NCBI GenBank assembly: GCA_009914755.4
Contig: CP086569.2
Span: forward strand, 27,872,001 to 27,936,000
From: the human T2T-CHM13v2.0 reference genome, Homo sapiens
Length of the DNA stretch: 64,000 nt
Reading direction: 5' to 3'
A model generated the notes under the pieces. The model was not told the DNA's origin. It did no database searches and saw nothing but the letters and a program-made list of their open reading frames with translations. The position numbers were made by a program, and so were the translations under genes. Below are positions 41,392 to 55,592 of the stretch, in pieces; within the stretch, counting starts at the first letter, position 1, and each line of letters opens with the position of its first letter.

Positions 41392-44300
41392 ATGCCCTTG
41401 AATTAAATGGACTGGAATGGAATGGACTCGAACAGAGTGGAATGGAAAGTGTTGAGATAGAATGGAATGGACTCCTTTGGAATGGTGTAGTATGCAATGC
41501 AATCGACTGGCAGGGAATCAAAAGGAATGTAATCGAATGGATTGGACTGGAATGCAATGGACTCGAATAGATTGGAAACGGAATGCAAAGGAATGGAATG
41601 GAATAGTATGGAATGGAATGGAAAGGAATGGAGTGGAATAGACTAGAGTGGAATGGAATGGACTCGAAAGCAATGGACTGGAATGGAACATTCCTGAATG
41701 AACTGGAATCAAACGGAATGGAATGCAATGCAATCAAATGGCATGGAATAAAATAGAATGAAAGAGAATCAAATGGAATTGAATCGAATGGAATCGAATG
41801 CATTGGAAAGGAATAGAATGGAATGGAATGGAATTGACTCAAATGGAATGGACTAGAAAGGAATGGATTCGAATGGAAGGCAAAGGAATGGAATCTATTG
41901 GAATGGACTGCAATGGAATGGAATGGAAGGGATTGGAATGGACTCGAATGGAATAGACTGCAATAGAAAGGATTCGAATGGAATGAAAAAGAATTGAATG
42001 GAATAGAACAGAATGGAATCAAATCGAATGAAATGGAATGGAATAGAAAGGAATGGAATGAAATGGAATAGAAAGGATTCGAATGGAATGCAATCGAATG
42101 GAATGGAATCGAACGGAATGGAATAAAATGGAAGAAAACTGGCAAGAAATGGAATCGAAATGAATGGAGTGTTATGGAACGGACTCAAAAGGAATTGAAT
42201 GTAATAGAATGGAGTGGAGTGGACTCGAATATAATGGACTGGAATGGAATGAAATCACATGGAATGGGAACGAATGGAATGGAATGGAAAGGAATGGAAT
42301 CGAAGGGAAAGGAATCGAATGGAAGGGAATGAAATTGAATCAACAGGAATGGAAGGGAATAGAATAGACGGTAATGGAATGGACTCGAATAGAATGGACA
42401 CGAATGCTCAAATTGAATGGACTCGAACGGAATGGAAACGAAAGGAATGTCATCGAATGGAATTGAATCGATTGGAATAAAATCGCATAGAATAGAGTGG
42501 AATCAAATGGAATTGAATCGAAAGGAAAGGAAGCGAATGGACTGAAATGAAATGGAATGGAATTGAATGGAAAGTAATACAATGGAATAGAATGGAACGA
42601 AATTTCACGGAATGGAATCAAACTGAATGGAATCAAAACAATGGAATATAATCAAATGGAATGGAAAGGAATTGAATGGAGTAGATGGGATTGGATGGGA
42701 TTGGAATGAAATGTACTGGAAAGGACTCGAAGTTCATGAAACGGAATGGAATGAATTGGAACGGAATGGACTCGAATGGAATGGAATGTCTTGGAATGGC
42801 ATCAAATGGAATGGCATCAAATGGAATGGAATCGAATGCAATGGAATGCTATGGAATGGAATGGAATGCATTGGAATGGAATGTCCTCTAATGGAATGGA
42901 TTCGAGTGAAATGGAATCGAATATAATGGAGTCGAATGAAATGGAATTGAAAGGAATGGGATCGAATACAATGCAATATACTGGAATGTAATGTAATGAA
43001 CTCTAATGTAATTGAATGGAATGGAATGTACATGAATGGAATGTAATCGAATGGAAAGTAATCCAATGGAATAGAATCTAATGCAATAAAAACGACTCAG
43101 ATAGAGTAGAATGTAATGGAATGGAGTGCAGTGCAATGGAATGGAATGGAATGGAATGGAATGCAATGGAATGGAATGGAATGGAATGGAATGGAACGGA
43201 ATGGAATGGAATGGGATGGAATGGTATAGAATGGGTAGTAATGGACTGGAGTGAAATGGACTGGAAAGGAATGGACTCAAATTGAAAGGGCTCGAAAGGA
43301 ATGGAGTCAAATGGAATGGTCTGGAATGGAATGAACACGAATGTAATGCAATCCAATAGAATGGAATCGAATGGCATGGAATATAAAGAAATGGAATCGA
43401 AGAGAATGGAAACAAACGGAATGGAATTGAATGGAATGGAATTGAATGGAATGGGAACGAATGGAGTGAAATTGTATGCAGTAGAAGAGAATAGAATGGA
43501 ATGCAAGCGAAAGGAAAGGAATGGATTGGAATGGAATGGAATTCATTGGAATGGAAGGGAATGTAGTGTAATGGACAGGCCTGGAATAAAGTGGAATGCT
43601 ACGGTCTCGAATGGAATAAAAATGTATGGAATGGAATGCAATGAAACGGAATCGAATGTCATAGAATGTAATGGAATGCAAAAAAATGGACTCCAAAATC
43701 ATTGACTGGAAAGGCTGGGTGTCGAAAGGAATTGACTCCAATGGAATGGAATCGAATGGAATGGAAGTGAATAGAATCGAACTAAATCGAATGGAATGGA
43801 ATTGATAGGAACGGAATGGAAAGGAATGAAATGATTTGGCATGGAATGGAATCGAATGGCATCGAATGGAATGGAATGGAATGCAATGCAATGGAATGTA
43901 TTAGAATGTAATGAACTTTAATGGAATGTACTCGAATGGATTCGACTGGAATGGAATGTTCTGGAAGTGAATGGACTCCAATGGAATGGATTGAAAAGGA
44001 ATGGAATCGTACGGAATGGAATCTAATGGAATGGAATTAAATGGAAATGAATCAAATTGAATAGCACGGAATTGAATTGAATGGAATCGAATGCAATGGA
44101 ATCTAATGAAACGGAAAGGAAAGGAATGGAATGGAATGGAATGGGCTGGAATGGAAAGGAATCGAAACGAATGGAATGGAATCGAACTGAAGAGACTGGA
44201 ATGGAATGCACTTCAATGGAAGGGAGTGTAATGGAAGGTTCTCGAAAAAAATGGAAACGAATGGAATGGAATTGAATGGAACGGAATAGAGTCGAATGGA

Positions 44301-44960
44301 ATTGAATGGAATGGAATGGACTAGAGTGAAATGGAATCGAACCACAAGGAATGGACAGGAATAGAATGGTCTCGAATTGAATGGAATCGTATGGAATGGC
44401 ATCAAACGGAATGGAATGGACAGCCACGGAATGGAATGCACTCGAATGCAATGGAGTCGAAACTAATGGACTGGAATAGAATGGACTCGACTGGTACGGA
44501 CTCCAATGGAATGGAATCGAATGGAAGGGAATCGAACGGAATGGACTCGAAGGGAAAAGACTGCAATGGAAAGGTCTCGAATGGAATGGAAATTAATGGA
44601 ATGGAATGGAATCGAATGAAATGGAGTCAAAAGGAATGGAATCGAATGGCAAGAAATCGAATGTAATGGAATCGCAAGGAATGGATGTGAACGGAACGGA
44701 ATGGAATGGAATCCAAAGGAATGGAATAGAATGGAATGGAATCGAATGGAAAGGACTCGAATGGAAATCACTCGAATAGAATGCAATTGAATAAAATAGG
44801 ATCAAATGTAAAGGAATGGAATGGAAAGGAATCGAAACGAAAGGAATGGAGACAGATGGAATGGAATGGAACAGAGAGCAATGGTATAGAATGGAATGGA
44901 ATCATCTGGAATGGAATTGAATGGAATGGAATAATATGAAATGGAATGGAATGGAATGGA
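41392..44960 (+). repeat. HOR-B unit B3 (3569 bp)
   Basis: Anchor to anchor. It has a pentamer-tract expansion near 43,141-43,230. Confidence 0.8.
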
Positions 44961-47900
44961 ATGCCCTTGAATTAAATGGACTGGAATGGAATGGACTCGA
45001 ACAGAGTGGAATGGAAAGTGTTGAGATAGAATGGAATGGACTCCTTTGGAATGGTCTAGTATGCAATGCAATGGACTGGCAGGGAATCAAAAGGAATGTA
45101 ATCGAATGGATTGGACTGGAATGCAATGGACTCGAATAGATTGGAAACGGAATGCAAAGGAATGGAATGGAATAGTATGGAATGGAATGGAAAGGAATGG
45201 AGTGGAATAGACTAGAGTGGAATGGAATGGACTCGAAAGCAATGGACTGGAATGGAACTTTCTTGAATGGACTGGAATCAAACGGAATGGAATGCAATGC
45301 AATCAAATGGCATGGAATAAAATAGAATGAAAGAGAATCAAATGGAATTGAATCGAATGGAATCGAATGGATTGGAAAGGAATAGAATGGAATGGAATGG
45401 AATTGACTGAAATGGAATGGACTAGAATGGAATGGATTCGAATGGAAGGCAAAGGAATGGAATCTATTGGAATGGACTGCAATGGAATGGAATGGAAGGG
45501 ATTGGAATGGACTCGAATGGAATAGACTGCAATAGAAAGGATTCGAATGGAATGAAAAAGAATTGAATGGAATAGAACAGAATGGAATCAAATCGAATGA
45601 AATGGAATGGAATAGAAAGGAATGGAATGAAATGGAATGGAAAGGATTCGAATGGAATGCAATCGAATGGAATGGAATCGAACGGAATGGAATAAAATGG
45701 AAGCAAACTGGCAAGAAATGGAATCGAAATGAATGGAGTGTTATGGAACGGACTCCAAAGGAATTGAATGTAATAGAATGGAGTGGAGTGGACTCGAATA
45801 TAATGGACTGCAATGGAATGAAATCACATGGAATGGGAACGAATGGAATGGAATGGAAAGGAATGGAATCGAATGGAAAGGAATCGAATGGAAGGGAATG
45901 AAATTGAATCAACAGGAATGGAAGGGAATAGAATAGACGGTAATGGAATGGACTCGAATAGAATGGACACGAATGCTCAAATTGAATGGACTCGAATGGA
46001 ATGGAAACGAAAGGAATGTCATCGAATGGAATTGAATCGATTGGAATAAAATCGCATAGAATAGAGTGGAATCAAATGGAATTGAATCGAAAGGAAAGGA
46101 AGCGAATGGACTGAAATGAAATGGAATGGAATTGAATGGAAAGTATAGCAATGGAATAGAATGGAACAAAATTTCACGGAATGGAATCAAACTGAATGGA
46201 ATCAAATCAATGGAATATAATCAAATGGAATGGAAAGGAATTGAATGGAGTAGATGGGATTGGATGGGATTGGAATGAAATGTACTGGAAAGGACTCGAA
46301 TTTCATGAAACGGAATGGAATGAATTGGAACGGAATGGACTCGAATGGAATGGAATGTCATGGAATGGCATCAAATGGAATGGCATCAAATGGAATGGAA
46401 TCGAATGCAATGGAATGCTATGGAATGGAATGGAATGCATTGGAATGGAATGTCCTCTAATGGAATGGATTCGAGTGGAATGGAATCGAATATAATGGAG
46501 TCGAATGAAATGGAATTGAAAGGAATGGGATCGAATACAATGGAATATACTGGAATGTAATGTAATGAACTCGAATGTAATTGACTGGAATGGAATGTAC
46601 ATGAATGGAATGTAATCGAATGGAAAGTAATCCAATGGAATAGAATCTAAAGCAATAAAATCGACTCAGATAGAGTAGAATGTAATGGAATGGAGTGCAG
46701 TGCAATGGAATGGAATGGAATGGAATGGAATGGAATGGAATGGGATGGAATGGTATGGAATGGATAGTAATGGACTGGAGTGAAATGGACTGGAAAGGAA
46801 TGGACTCAAATTGAAAGGGCTCGAAAGGAATGGAGTCAAATGGAATGGTCTGGAATGGAATGAACACGAATGTAATGCAATCCAATAGAATGGAATCGAA
46901 TGGCATGGAATATAAAGAAATGGAATCGAAGAGAATGGAATCAAACGGAATGGAATTGAATGGAATGGAATTGAATGGAATGGGAACGAATGGAGTGAAA
47001 TTGTATGCAGTAGAAGAGAATAGAATGGAATGCAAGCGAAAGGAAAGGAATGGATTGGAATGGAATGGAATTCATTGGAATGGAAGGGAATGTAATGTAA
47101 TGGACAGGCCTGGAATAAAGTGGAATGCTACGGTCTCGAATGGAATAAAAATGTATGGAATGGAATGCAATGAAACGGAATCGAATGTCATAGAATGTAA
47201 TGGAATGCAAAAAAATGGACTCCAAAATCATTGACTGGAAAGGCTGGGTGTCGAAAGGAATTGACTCCAATGGAATGGAATCGAATGGAATGGAAGTGAA
47301 TAGAATCGAACTAAATCGAATGGAATGGAATTGATAGGAACGGAATGGAAAGGAATGAAATGATTTGGCATGGAATGGAATCCAATGGCATCGAATGGAA
47401 TGGAATGGAATGCAATGCAATGGAATGTATTAGAATGTAATGAACTTTAATGGAATGTACTCGAATGGATTCGACTGGAATGGAATGTTCTGGAAGTGAA
47501 TGGACTCCAATGGAATGGATTGAAAAGGAATGGAATCGTACGGAATGGAATCTAATGGAATGGAATTAAATGGAAATGAATCAAATTGAATAGCACGGAA
47601 TTGAATTGAATGGAATCGAATGCAATGGAATCTAATGAAACGGAAAGTAAAGGAATGGAATGGAATGGAATGGGCTGGAATGGAAAGGAATCGAAACGAA
47701 TGGAATGGAATCGAACTGAGGAGACTGGAATGGAATGCACTTCAACGGAAGGGAGTGTAATGGAAGGTTCTCGAAAAAAATGGAAACGAATGGAATGGAA
47801 TTGAATGGAACGGAATAGAGTCGAATGGAATTGAATGGAATGGAATGGACTAGAGTGAAATGGAATCGAACCACAAGGAATGGACAGGAATAGAATGGTC

Positions 47901-48489
47901 TCGAATTGAATGGAATCGTATGGAATGGCATCAAACGGAATGGAATGGACAGCCACGGAATGGAATGCACTCGAATGCAATGGAGTCGAAACTAATGGAC
48001 TGGAATAGAATGGACTCGACTGGTACGGACTCCAATGGAATGGAATCGAATGGAAGGGAATCGAACGGAATGGACTCGAAGGGAAAAGACTGCAATGGAA
48101 AGGTCTCGAATGGAATGGAAATTAATGGAATGGAATGGAATCGAATGAAATGGAGTCAAAAGGAATGGAATTGAATGGCAAGAAATCGAATGTAATGGAA
48201 TCACAAGGAATTGATGTGAACGGAACGGAATGTAATGGAATCCAAAGGAATGGAATAGAATGGAATGGAATCGAATGGAAAGGACTCGAATGGAAATCAC
48301 TCGAATAGAATGCAATTTAATAAAATAGGATGAAATGTAATGGAATGGAATGGAAAGGAATCGAAACGAAAGGAATGGAGACAGATGGAATGGAATGGAA
48401 CAGAGAGCAATGGTATAGAATGGAATGGAATCATCTGGAATGGAATTGAATGGAATGGAATAATATGAAATGGAATGGAATGGAATGGA
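44961..48489 (+). repeat. HOR-B unit B4 (3529 bp), short form
   Basis: Anchor to anchor. Sampled translations are identical to B6. Confidence 0.85.
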
Positions 48490-51400
48490 ATGCCCTTGAA
48501 TTAAATGGACTGGAATGGAATGGACTCGAACAGAGTGGAATGGAAAGTGTTGAGATAGAATGGAATGGACTCCTTTGGAATGGTCTAGTATGCAATGCAA
48601 TGGACTGGCAGGGAATCAAAAGGAATGTAATCGAATGGATTGGACTGGAATGCAATGGACTCGAATAGATTGGAAACGGAATGCAAAGGAATGGAATGGA
48701 ATAGTATGGAATGGAATGGAAAGGAATGGAGTGGAATAGACTAGAGTGGAATGGAATGGACTCGAAAGCAATGGACTGGAATGGAACTTTCTTGAATGGA
48801 CTGGAATCAAACGGAATGGAATGCAATGCAATCAAATGGCATGGAATAAAATAGAATGAAAGAGAATCAAATGGAATTGAATCGAATGGAATCGAATGGA
48901 TTGGAAAGGAATAGAATGGAATGGAATGGAATTGACTCAAATGGAATGGACTAGAATGGAATGGATTCGAATGGAAGGCAAAGGAATGGAATCTATGGGA
49001 ATGGACAGCAATGGAATGGAAAGGAAGGGATTGGAATGGACTCGAATGGAATGGACTGCAATAGAAAGGATTCGAATGGAATGAAAAAGAATTGAATGGA
49101 ATAGAACAGAATGGAATCAAATCGAATGAAATGGAATGGAATAGAAAGGAATGGAATGAAATGGAATGGAAAGGATTCGAATGGAATGCAATCAAATGGA
49201 ATGGAATCGAACGGAATGGAATAAAATGGAAGAAAACTGGCAAGAAATGGAATCGAAATGAATGGAGTGTTATGGAACGGACTCAAAAGGAATTGAATGT
49301 AATAGAATGGAGTGGAGTGGACTCGAATATAATGGACTGGAATGGAATGAAATCACATGGAATGGGAACGAATGGAATGGAATGGAAAGGAATGGAATCG
49401 AATGGAAAGGAATCGAATGGAACGGAATGAAATTGAATCAACAGGAATGGAAAGGAATAGAATAGACGGTAATGGAATGGACTTGAATAGAATGGACACG
49501 AATGCTCAAATTGAATGGACTCGAATGGAATGGAAACGAAAGGAATGTCATCGAATGGAATTGAATTGATTGGAATGAAATCGCATAGAATGGAGTGGAA
49601 TCAAATGGAATTGAATCGAAAGGAAAGGAAGCGAATGGACTGAAATGAAATGGAATGGAATTGAATGGAAAGTAAAGCAATGGAATAGAATGGAACGAAA
49701 TTTCACGGAATGGAATCAAACTGAATGGAATCAAATCAATGGAATATAATCAAATGGAATGGAAAGTAATTGAATGGAGTAGATGGGATTGGATGGGATT
49801 GGAATGAAATGTACTGGAAAGGACTCGAATTTCATGAAACGGAATGGAATGAATTGGAACGGAATGGACTCGAAAGGAATGGAATGTCATGGAATGTCAT
49901 CAAATGGAATGGCATCAAATGGAATGGAATCGAATGCAATGGAATGCTATGGAATGGAATGTAATGCATTGGAATGGAATGTCCTCTAATGGAATGGATT
50001 CGAGTGGAATGGAATCGAATATAATGGAGTCGAATGAAATGGAATTGAAAGGAATGGGATCGAATACAATGGAATATACTGGAATGTAACGTAATGAACT
50101 CGAATGTAATTGACTGGAATGGAATGTACATGAATGGAATGTAATCGAATGGAAAGTAATCCAAGGGAATAGAATCTAATGCAATAAAATCGACTCAGAT
50201 AGAGTAGAATGTAATGGAATGGAGTGCAGTGCAATGGAATGGAATGGAATGGAATGCAATGGAATGGAATGGAATGGGATGGAATGGTATGGAATGGAAT
50301 GGAATGGAATGGAATGGGATGGAATGGTATGGAATGGATAGTAATGGACTGGAATGAAATGGACTGGAAAGGAATGGACTCAAATTGAAAGGGCTCGAAA
50401 GGAATGGAGTCAAATGGAATGGTCTGGAATGGAATGAACACGAATGTAATGCAATCCAATAGAATGGAATCGAATGGCATGGAATATAAAGAAATGGAAT
50501 CGAAGAGAATGGAAACAAACGGAATGGAATTGAATGGAATGGAATTGAATGGAATGGGAACGAATGGAGTGAAATTGTATGCAGTAGAAGAGAATAGAAT
50601 GGAATGCAAGCGAAAGGAAAAGAATGGATTGGAATGGAATGGAATTCATTGGAATGGAAGGGAATGTAGTGTAATGGACAGGCCTGGAATAAAGTGGAAT
50701 GCTACGGTCTCGAATGGAATAAAAATGTATGGAATGGAATGCAATGAAACGGAATCGAATGTCATAGAATGTAATGGAATGCAAAAAAATGGACTCCAAA
50801 ATCATTGACTGGAAAGGCTGGGTGTCGAAAGGAATTGACTCCAATGGAATGGAATCGAATGGAATGGAAGTGAATAGAATCGAACTAAATCGAATGGAAT
50901 GGAATTGATAGGAACGGAATGGAAAGGAATGAAATGATTTGGCATGGAATGGAATCCAATGGCATCGAATGGAATGGAATGGAATGCAATGCAATGGAAT
51001 GTATTAGAATGTAATGAACTTTAATGGAATGTACTCGAATGGATTCGACTGGAATGGAATGTTCTGGAAGTGAATGGACTCCAATGGAATGGATTGAAAA
51101 GGAATGGAATCGTACGGAATGGAATCTAATGGAATGGAATTAAATGGAAATGAATCAAATTGAATAGCACGGAATTGAATTGAATGGAATCGAATGCAAT
51201 GGAATCTAATGAAACGGAAAGGAAAGGAATGGAATGGAATGGAATGGGCTGGAATGGAAAGGAATCGAAACGAATGGAATGGAATCGAACTGAAGAGACT
51301 GGAATGGAATGCACTGGAATGGAAGGGAGTGTAATGGAAGGTTCTCGAAAAAAATGGAAACGAATGGAATGGAATTGAATGGAACGGAATAGAGTCGAAT

Positions 51401-52063
51401 GGAATTGAATGGAATGGAATGGACTAGAGTGAAATGGAATCGAACCACAAGGAATGGACAGGAATAGAATGGTCTCGAATTGAATGGAATCGTATGGAAT
51501 GGCATCAAACGGAATGGAATGGACAGCCACGGAATGGAATGCACTCGAATGCAATGGAGTCGAAACTAATGGACTGGAATAGAATGGACTCGACTGGTAC
51601 GGACTCCAATGGAATGGAATCGAATGGAAGGGAATCGAACGGAATGGACTCGAAGGGAAAAGACTGCAATGGAAAGGTCTCGAATGGAATGGAAATTAAT
51701 GGAATGGAATGGAATCGAATGAAATGGAGTCAAAAGGAATGGAATCGAATGGCAAGAAATCGAATGTAATGGAATCGCAAGGAATGGATGTGAACGGAAC
51801 GGAATGGAATGGAATCCAAAGGAATGGAATAGAATGGAATGGAATCGAATGGAAAGGACTCGAATGGAAATCACTCGAATAGAATGCAATTGAATAAAAT
51901 AGGATCAAATGTAAAGGAATGGAATGGAAAGGAATCGAAACGAAAGGAATGGAGACAGATGGAATGGAATGGAACAGAGAGCAATGGTATAGAATGGAAT
52001 GGAATCATCTGGAATGGAATTGAATGGAATGGAATAATATGAAATGGAATGGAATGGAATGGA
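48490..52063 (+). repeat. HOR-B unit B5 (3574 bp), long form with 45-bp pentamer-tract duplication
   Basis: Anchor to anchor. There is an extra 'ggaatgggatggaatggtatggaatggaatggaatggaatggaat' near 50,270-50,335. Confidence 0.85.
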
Positions 52064-55000
52064 ATGCCCTTGAATTAAATGGACTGGAATGGAATGGACT
52101 CGAACAGAGTGGAATGGAAAGTGTTGAGATAGAATGGAATGGACTCCTTTGGAATGGTCTAGTATGCAATGCAATGGACTGGCAGGGAATCAAAAGGAAT
52201 GTAATCGAATGGATTGGACTGGAATGCAATGGACTCGAATAGATTGGAAACGGAATGCAAAGGAATGGAATGGAATAGTATGGAATGGAATGGAAAGGAA
52301 TGGAGTGGAATAGACTAGAGTGGAATGGAATGGACTCGAAAGCAATGGACTGGAATGGAACTTTCTTGAATGGACTGGAATCAAACGGAATGGAATGCAA
52401 TGCAATCAAATGGCATGGAATAAAATAGAATGAAAGAGAATCAAATGGAATTGAATCGAATGGAATCGAATGGATTGGAAAGGAATAGAATGGAATGGAA
52501 TGGAATTGACTCAAATGGAATGGACTAGAATGGAATGGATTCGAATGGAAGGCAAAGGAATGGAATCTATTGGAATGGACTGCAATGGAATGGAATGGAA
52601 GGGATTGGAATGGACTCGAATGGAATAGACTGCAATAGAAAGGATTCGAATGGAATGAAAAAGAATTGAATGGAATAGAACAGAATGGAATCAAATCGAA
52701 TGAAATGGAATGGAATAGAAAGGAATGGAATGAAATGGAATAGAAAGGATTCGAATGGAATGCAATCGAATGGAATGGAATCGAACGGAATGGAATAAAA
52801 TGGAAGCAAACTGGCAAGAAATGGAATCGAAATGAATGGAGTGTTATGGAACGGACTCAAAAGGAATTGAATGTAATAGAATGGAGTGGAGTGGACTCGA
52901 ATATAATGGACTGCAATGGAATGAAATCACATGGAATGGGAACGAATGGAATGGAATGGAAAGGAATGGAATCGAATGGAAAGGAATCGAATGGAAGGGA
53001 ATGAAATTGAATCAACAGGAATGGAAGGGAATAGAATAGACGGTAATGGAATGGACTCGAATAGAATGGACACGAATGCTCAAATTGAATGGACTCGAAT
53101 GGAATGGAAACGAAAGGAATGTCATCGAATGGAATTGAATCGATTGGAATAAAATCGCATAGAATAGAGTGGAATCAAATGGAATTGAATCGAAAGGAAA
53201 GGAAGCGAATGGACTGAAATGAAATGGAATGGAATTGAATGGAAAGTATAGCAATGGAATAGAATGGAACAAAATTTCACGGAATGGAATCAAACTGAAT
53301 GGAATCAAATCAATGGAATATAATCAAATGGAATGGAAAGGAATTGAATGGAGTAGATTGGATTGGATGGGATTGGAATGAAATGTACTGGAAAGGACTC
53401 GAATTTCATGAAACGGAATGGAATGAATTGGAACGGAATGGACTCGAATGGAATGGAATGTCATGGAATGGCATCAAATGGAATGGCATCAAATGGAATG
53501 GAATCGAATGCAATGGAATGCTATGGAATGGAATGGAATGCATTGGAATGGAATGTCCTCTAATGGAATGGATTCGAGTGGAATGGAATCGAATATAATG
53601 GAGTCGAATGAAATGGAATTGAAAGGAATGGGATCGAATACAATGGAATATACTGGAATGTAATGTAATGAACTCGAATGTAATTGACTGGAATGGAATG
53701 TACATGAATGGAATGTAATCGAATGGAAAGTAATCCAATGGAATAGAATCTAAAGCAATAAAATCGACTCAGATAGAGTAGAATGTAATGGAATGGAGTG
53801 CAGTGCAATGGAATGGAATGGAATGGAATGGAATGGAATGGAATGGGATGGAATGGTATGGAATGGATAGTAATGGACTGGAGTGAAATGGACTGGAAAG
53901 GAATGGACTCAAATTGAAAGGGCTCGAAAGGAATGGAGTCAAATGGAATGGTCTGGAATGGAATGAACACGAATGTAATGCAATCCAATAGAATGGAATC
54001 GAATGGCATGGAATATAAAGAAATGGAATCGAAGAGAATGGAATCAAACGGAATGGAATTGAATGGAATGGAATTGAATGGAATGGGAACGAATGGAGTG
54101 AAATTGTATGCAGTAGAAGAGAATAGAATGGAATGCAAGCGAAAGGAAAGGAATGGATTGGAATGGAATGGAATTCATTGGAATGGAAGGGAATGTAATG
54201 TAATGGACAGGCCTGGAATAAAGTGGAATGCTACGGTCTCGAATGGAATAAAAATGTATGGAATGGAATGCAATGAAACGGAATCGAATGTCATAGAATG
54301 TAATGGAATGCAAAAAAATGGACTCCAAAATCATTGACTGGAAAGGCTGGGTGTCGAAAGGAATTGACTCCAATGGAATGGAATCGAATGGAATGGAAGT
54401 GAATAGAATCGAACTAAATCGAATGGAATGGAATTGATAGGAACGGAATGGAAAGGAATGAAATGATTTGGCATGGAATGGAATCCAATGGCATCGAATG
54501 GAATGGAATGGAATGCAATGCAATGGAATGTATTAGAATGTAATGAACTTTAATGGAATGTACTCGAATGGATTCGACTGGAATGGAATGTTCTGGAAGT
54601 GAATGGACTCCAATGGAATGGATTGAAAAGGAATGGAATCGTACGGAATGGAATCTAATGGAATGGAATTAAATGGAAATGAATCAAATTGAATAGCACG
54701 GAATTGAATTGAATGGAATCGAATGCAATGGAATCTAATGAAACGGAAAGTAAAGGAATGGAATGGAATGGAATGGGCTGGAATGGAAAGGAATCGAAAC
54801 GAATGGAATGGAATCGAACTGAGGAGACTGGAATGGAATGCACTTCAACGGAAGGGAGTGTAATGGAAGGTTCTCGAAAAAAATGGAAACGAATGGAATG
54901 GAATTGAATGGAACGGAATAGAGTCGAATGGAATTGAATGGAATGGAATGGACTAGAGTGAAATGGAATCGAACCACAAGGAATGGACAGGAATAGAATG

Positions 55001-55592
55001 GTCTCGAATTGAATGGAATCGTATGGAATGGCATCAAACGGAATGGAATGGACAGCCACGGAATGGAATGCACTCGAATGCAATGGAGTCGAAACTAATG
55101 GACTGGAATAGAATGGACTCGACTGGTACGGACTCCAATGGAATGGAATCGAATGGAAGGGAATCGAACGGAATGGACTCGAAGGGAAAAGACTGCAATG
55201 GAAAGGTCTCGAATGGAATGGAAATTAATGGAATGGAATGGAATCGAATGAAATGGAGTCAAAAGGAATGGAATTGAATGGCAAGAAATCGAATGTAATG
55301 GAATCACAAGGAATTGATGTGAACGGAACGGAATGGAATGGAATCCAAAGGAATGGAATAGAATGGAATGGAATCGAATGGAAAGGACTCGAATGGAAAT
55401 CACTCGAATAGAATGCAATTTAATAAAATAGGATGAAATGTAATGGAATGGAATGGAAAGGAATCGAAACGAAAGGAATGGAGACAGATGGAATGGAATG
55501 GAACAGAGAGCAATGGTATAGAATGGAATGGAATCATCTGGAATGGAATTGAATGGAATGGAATAATATGAAATGGAATGGAATGGAATGGA
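52064..55592 (+). repeat. HOR-B unit B6 (3529 bp), short form
   Basis: Anchor to anchor. It is identical to B4 in all sampled ORF translations (for example 53560..54138 equals 46457..47035). Confidence 0.85.
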
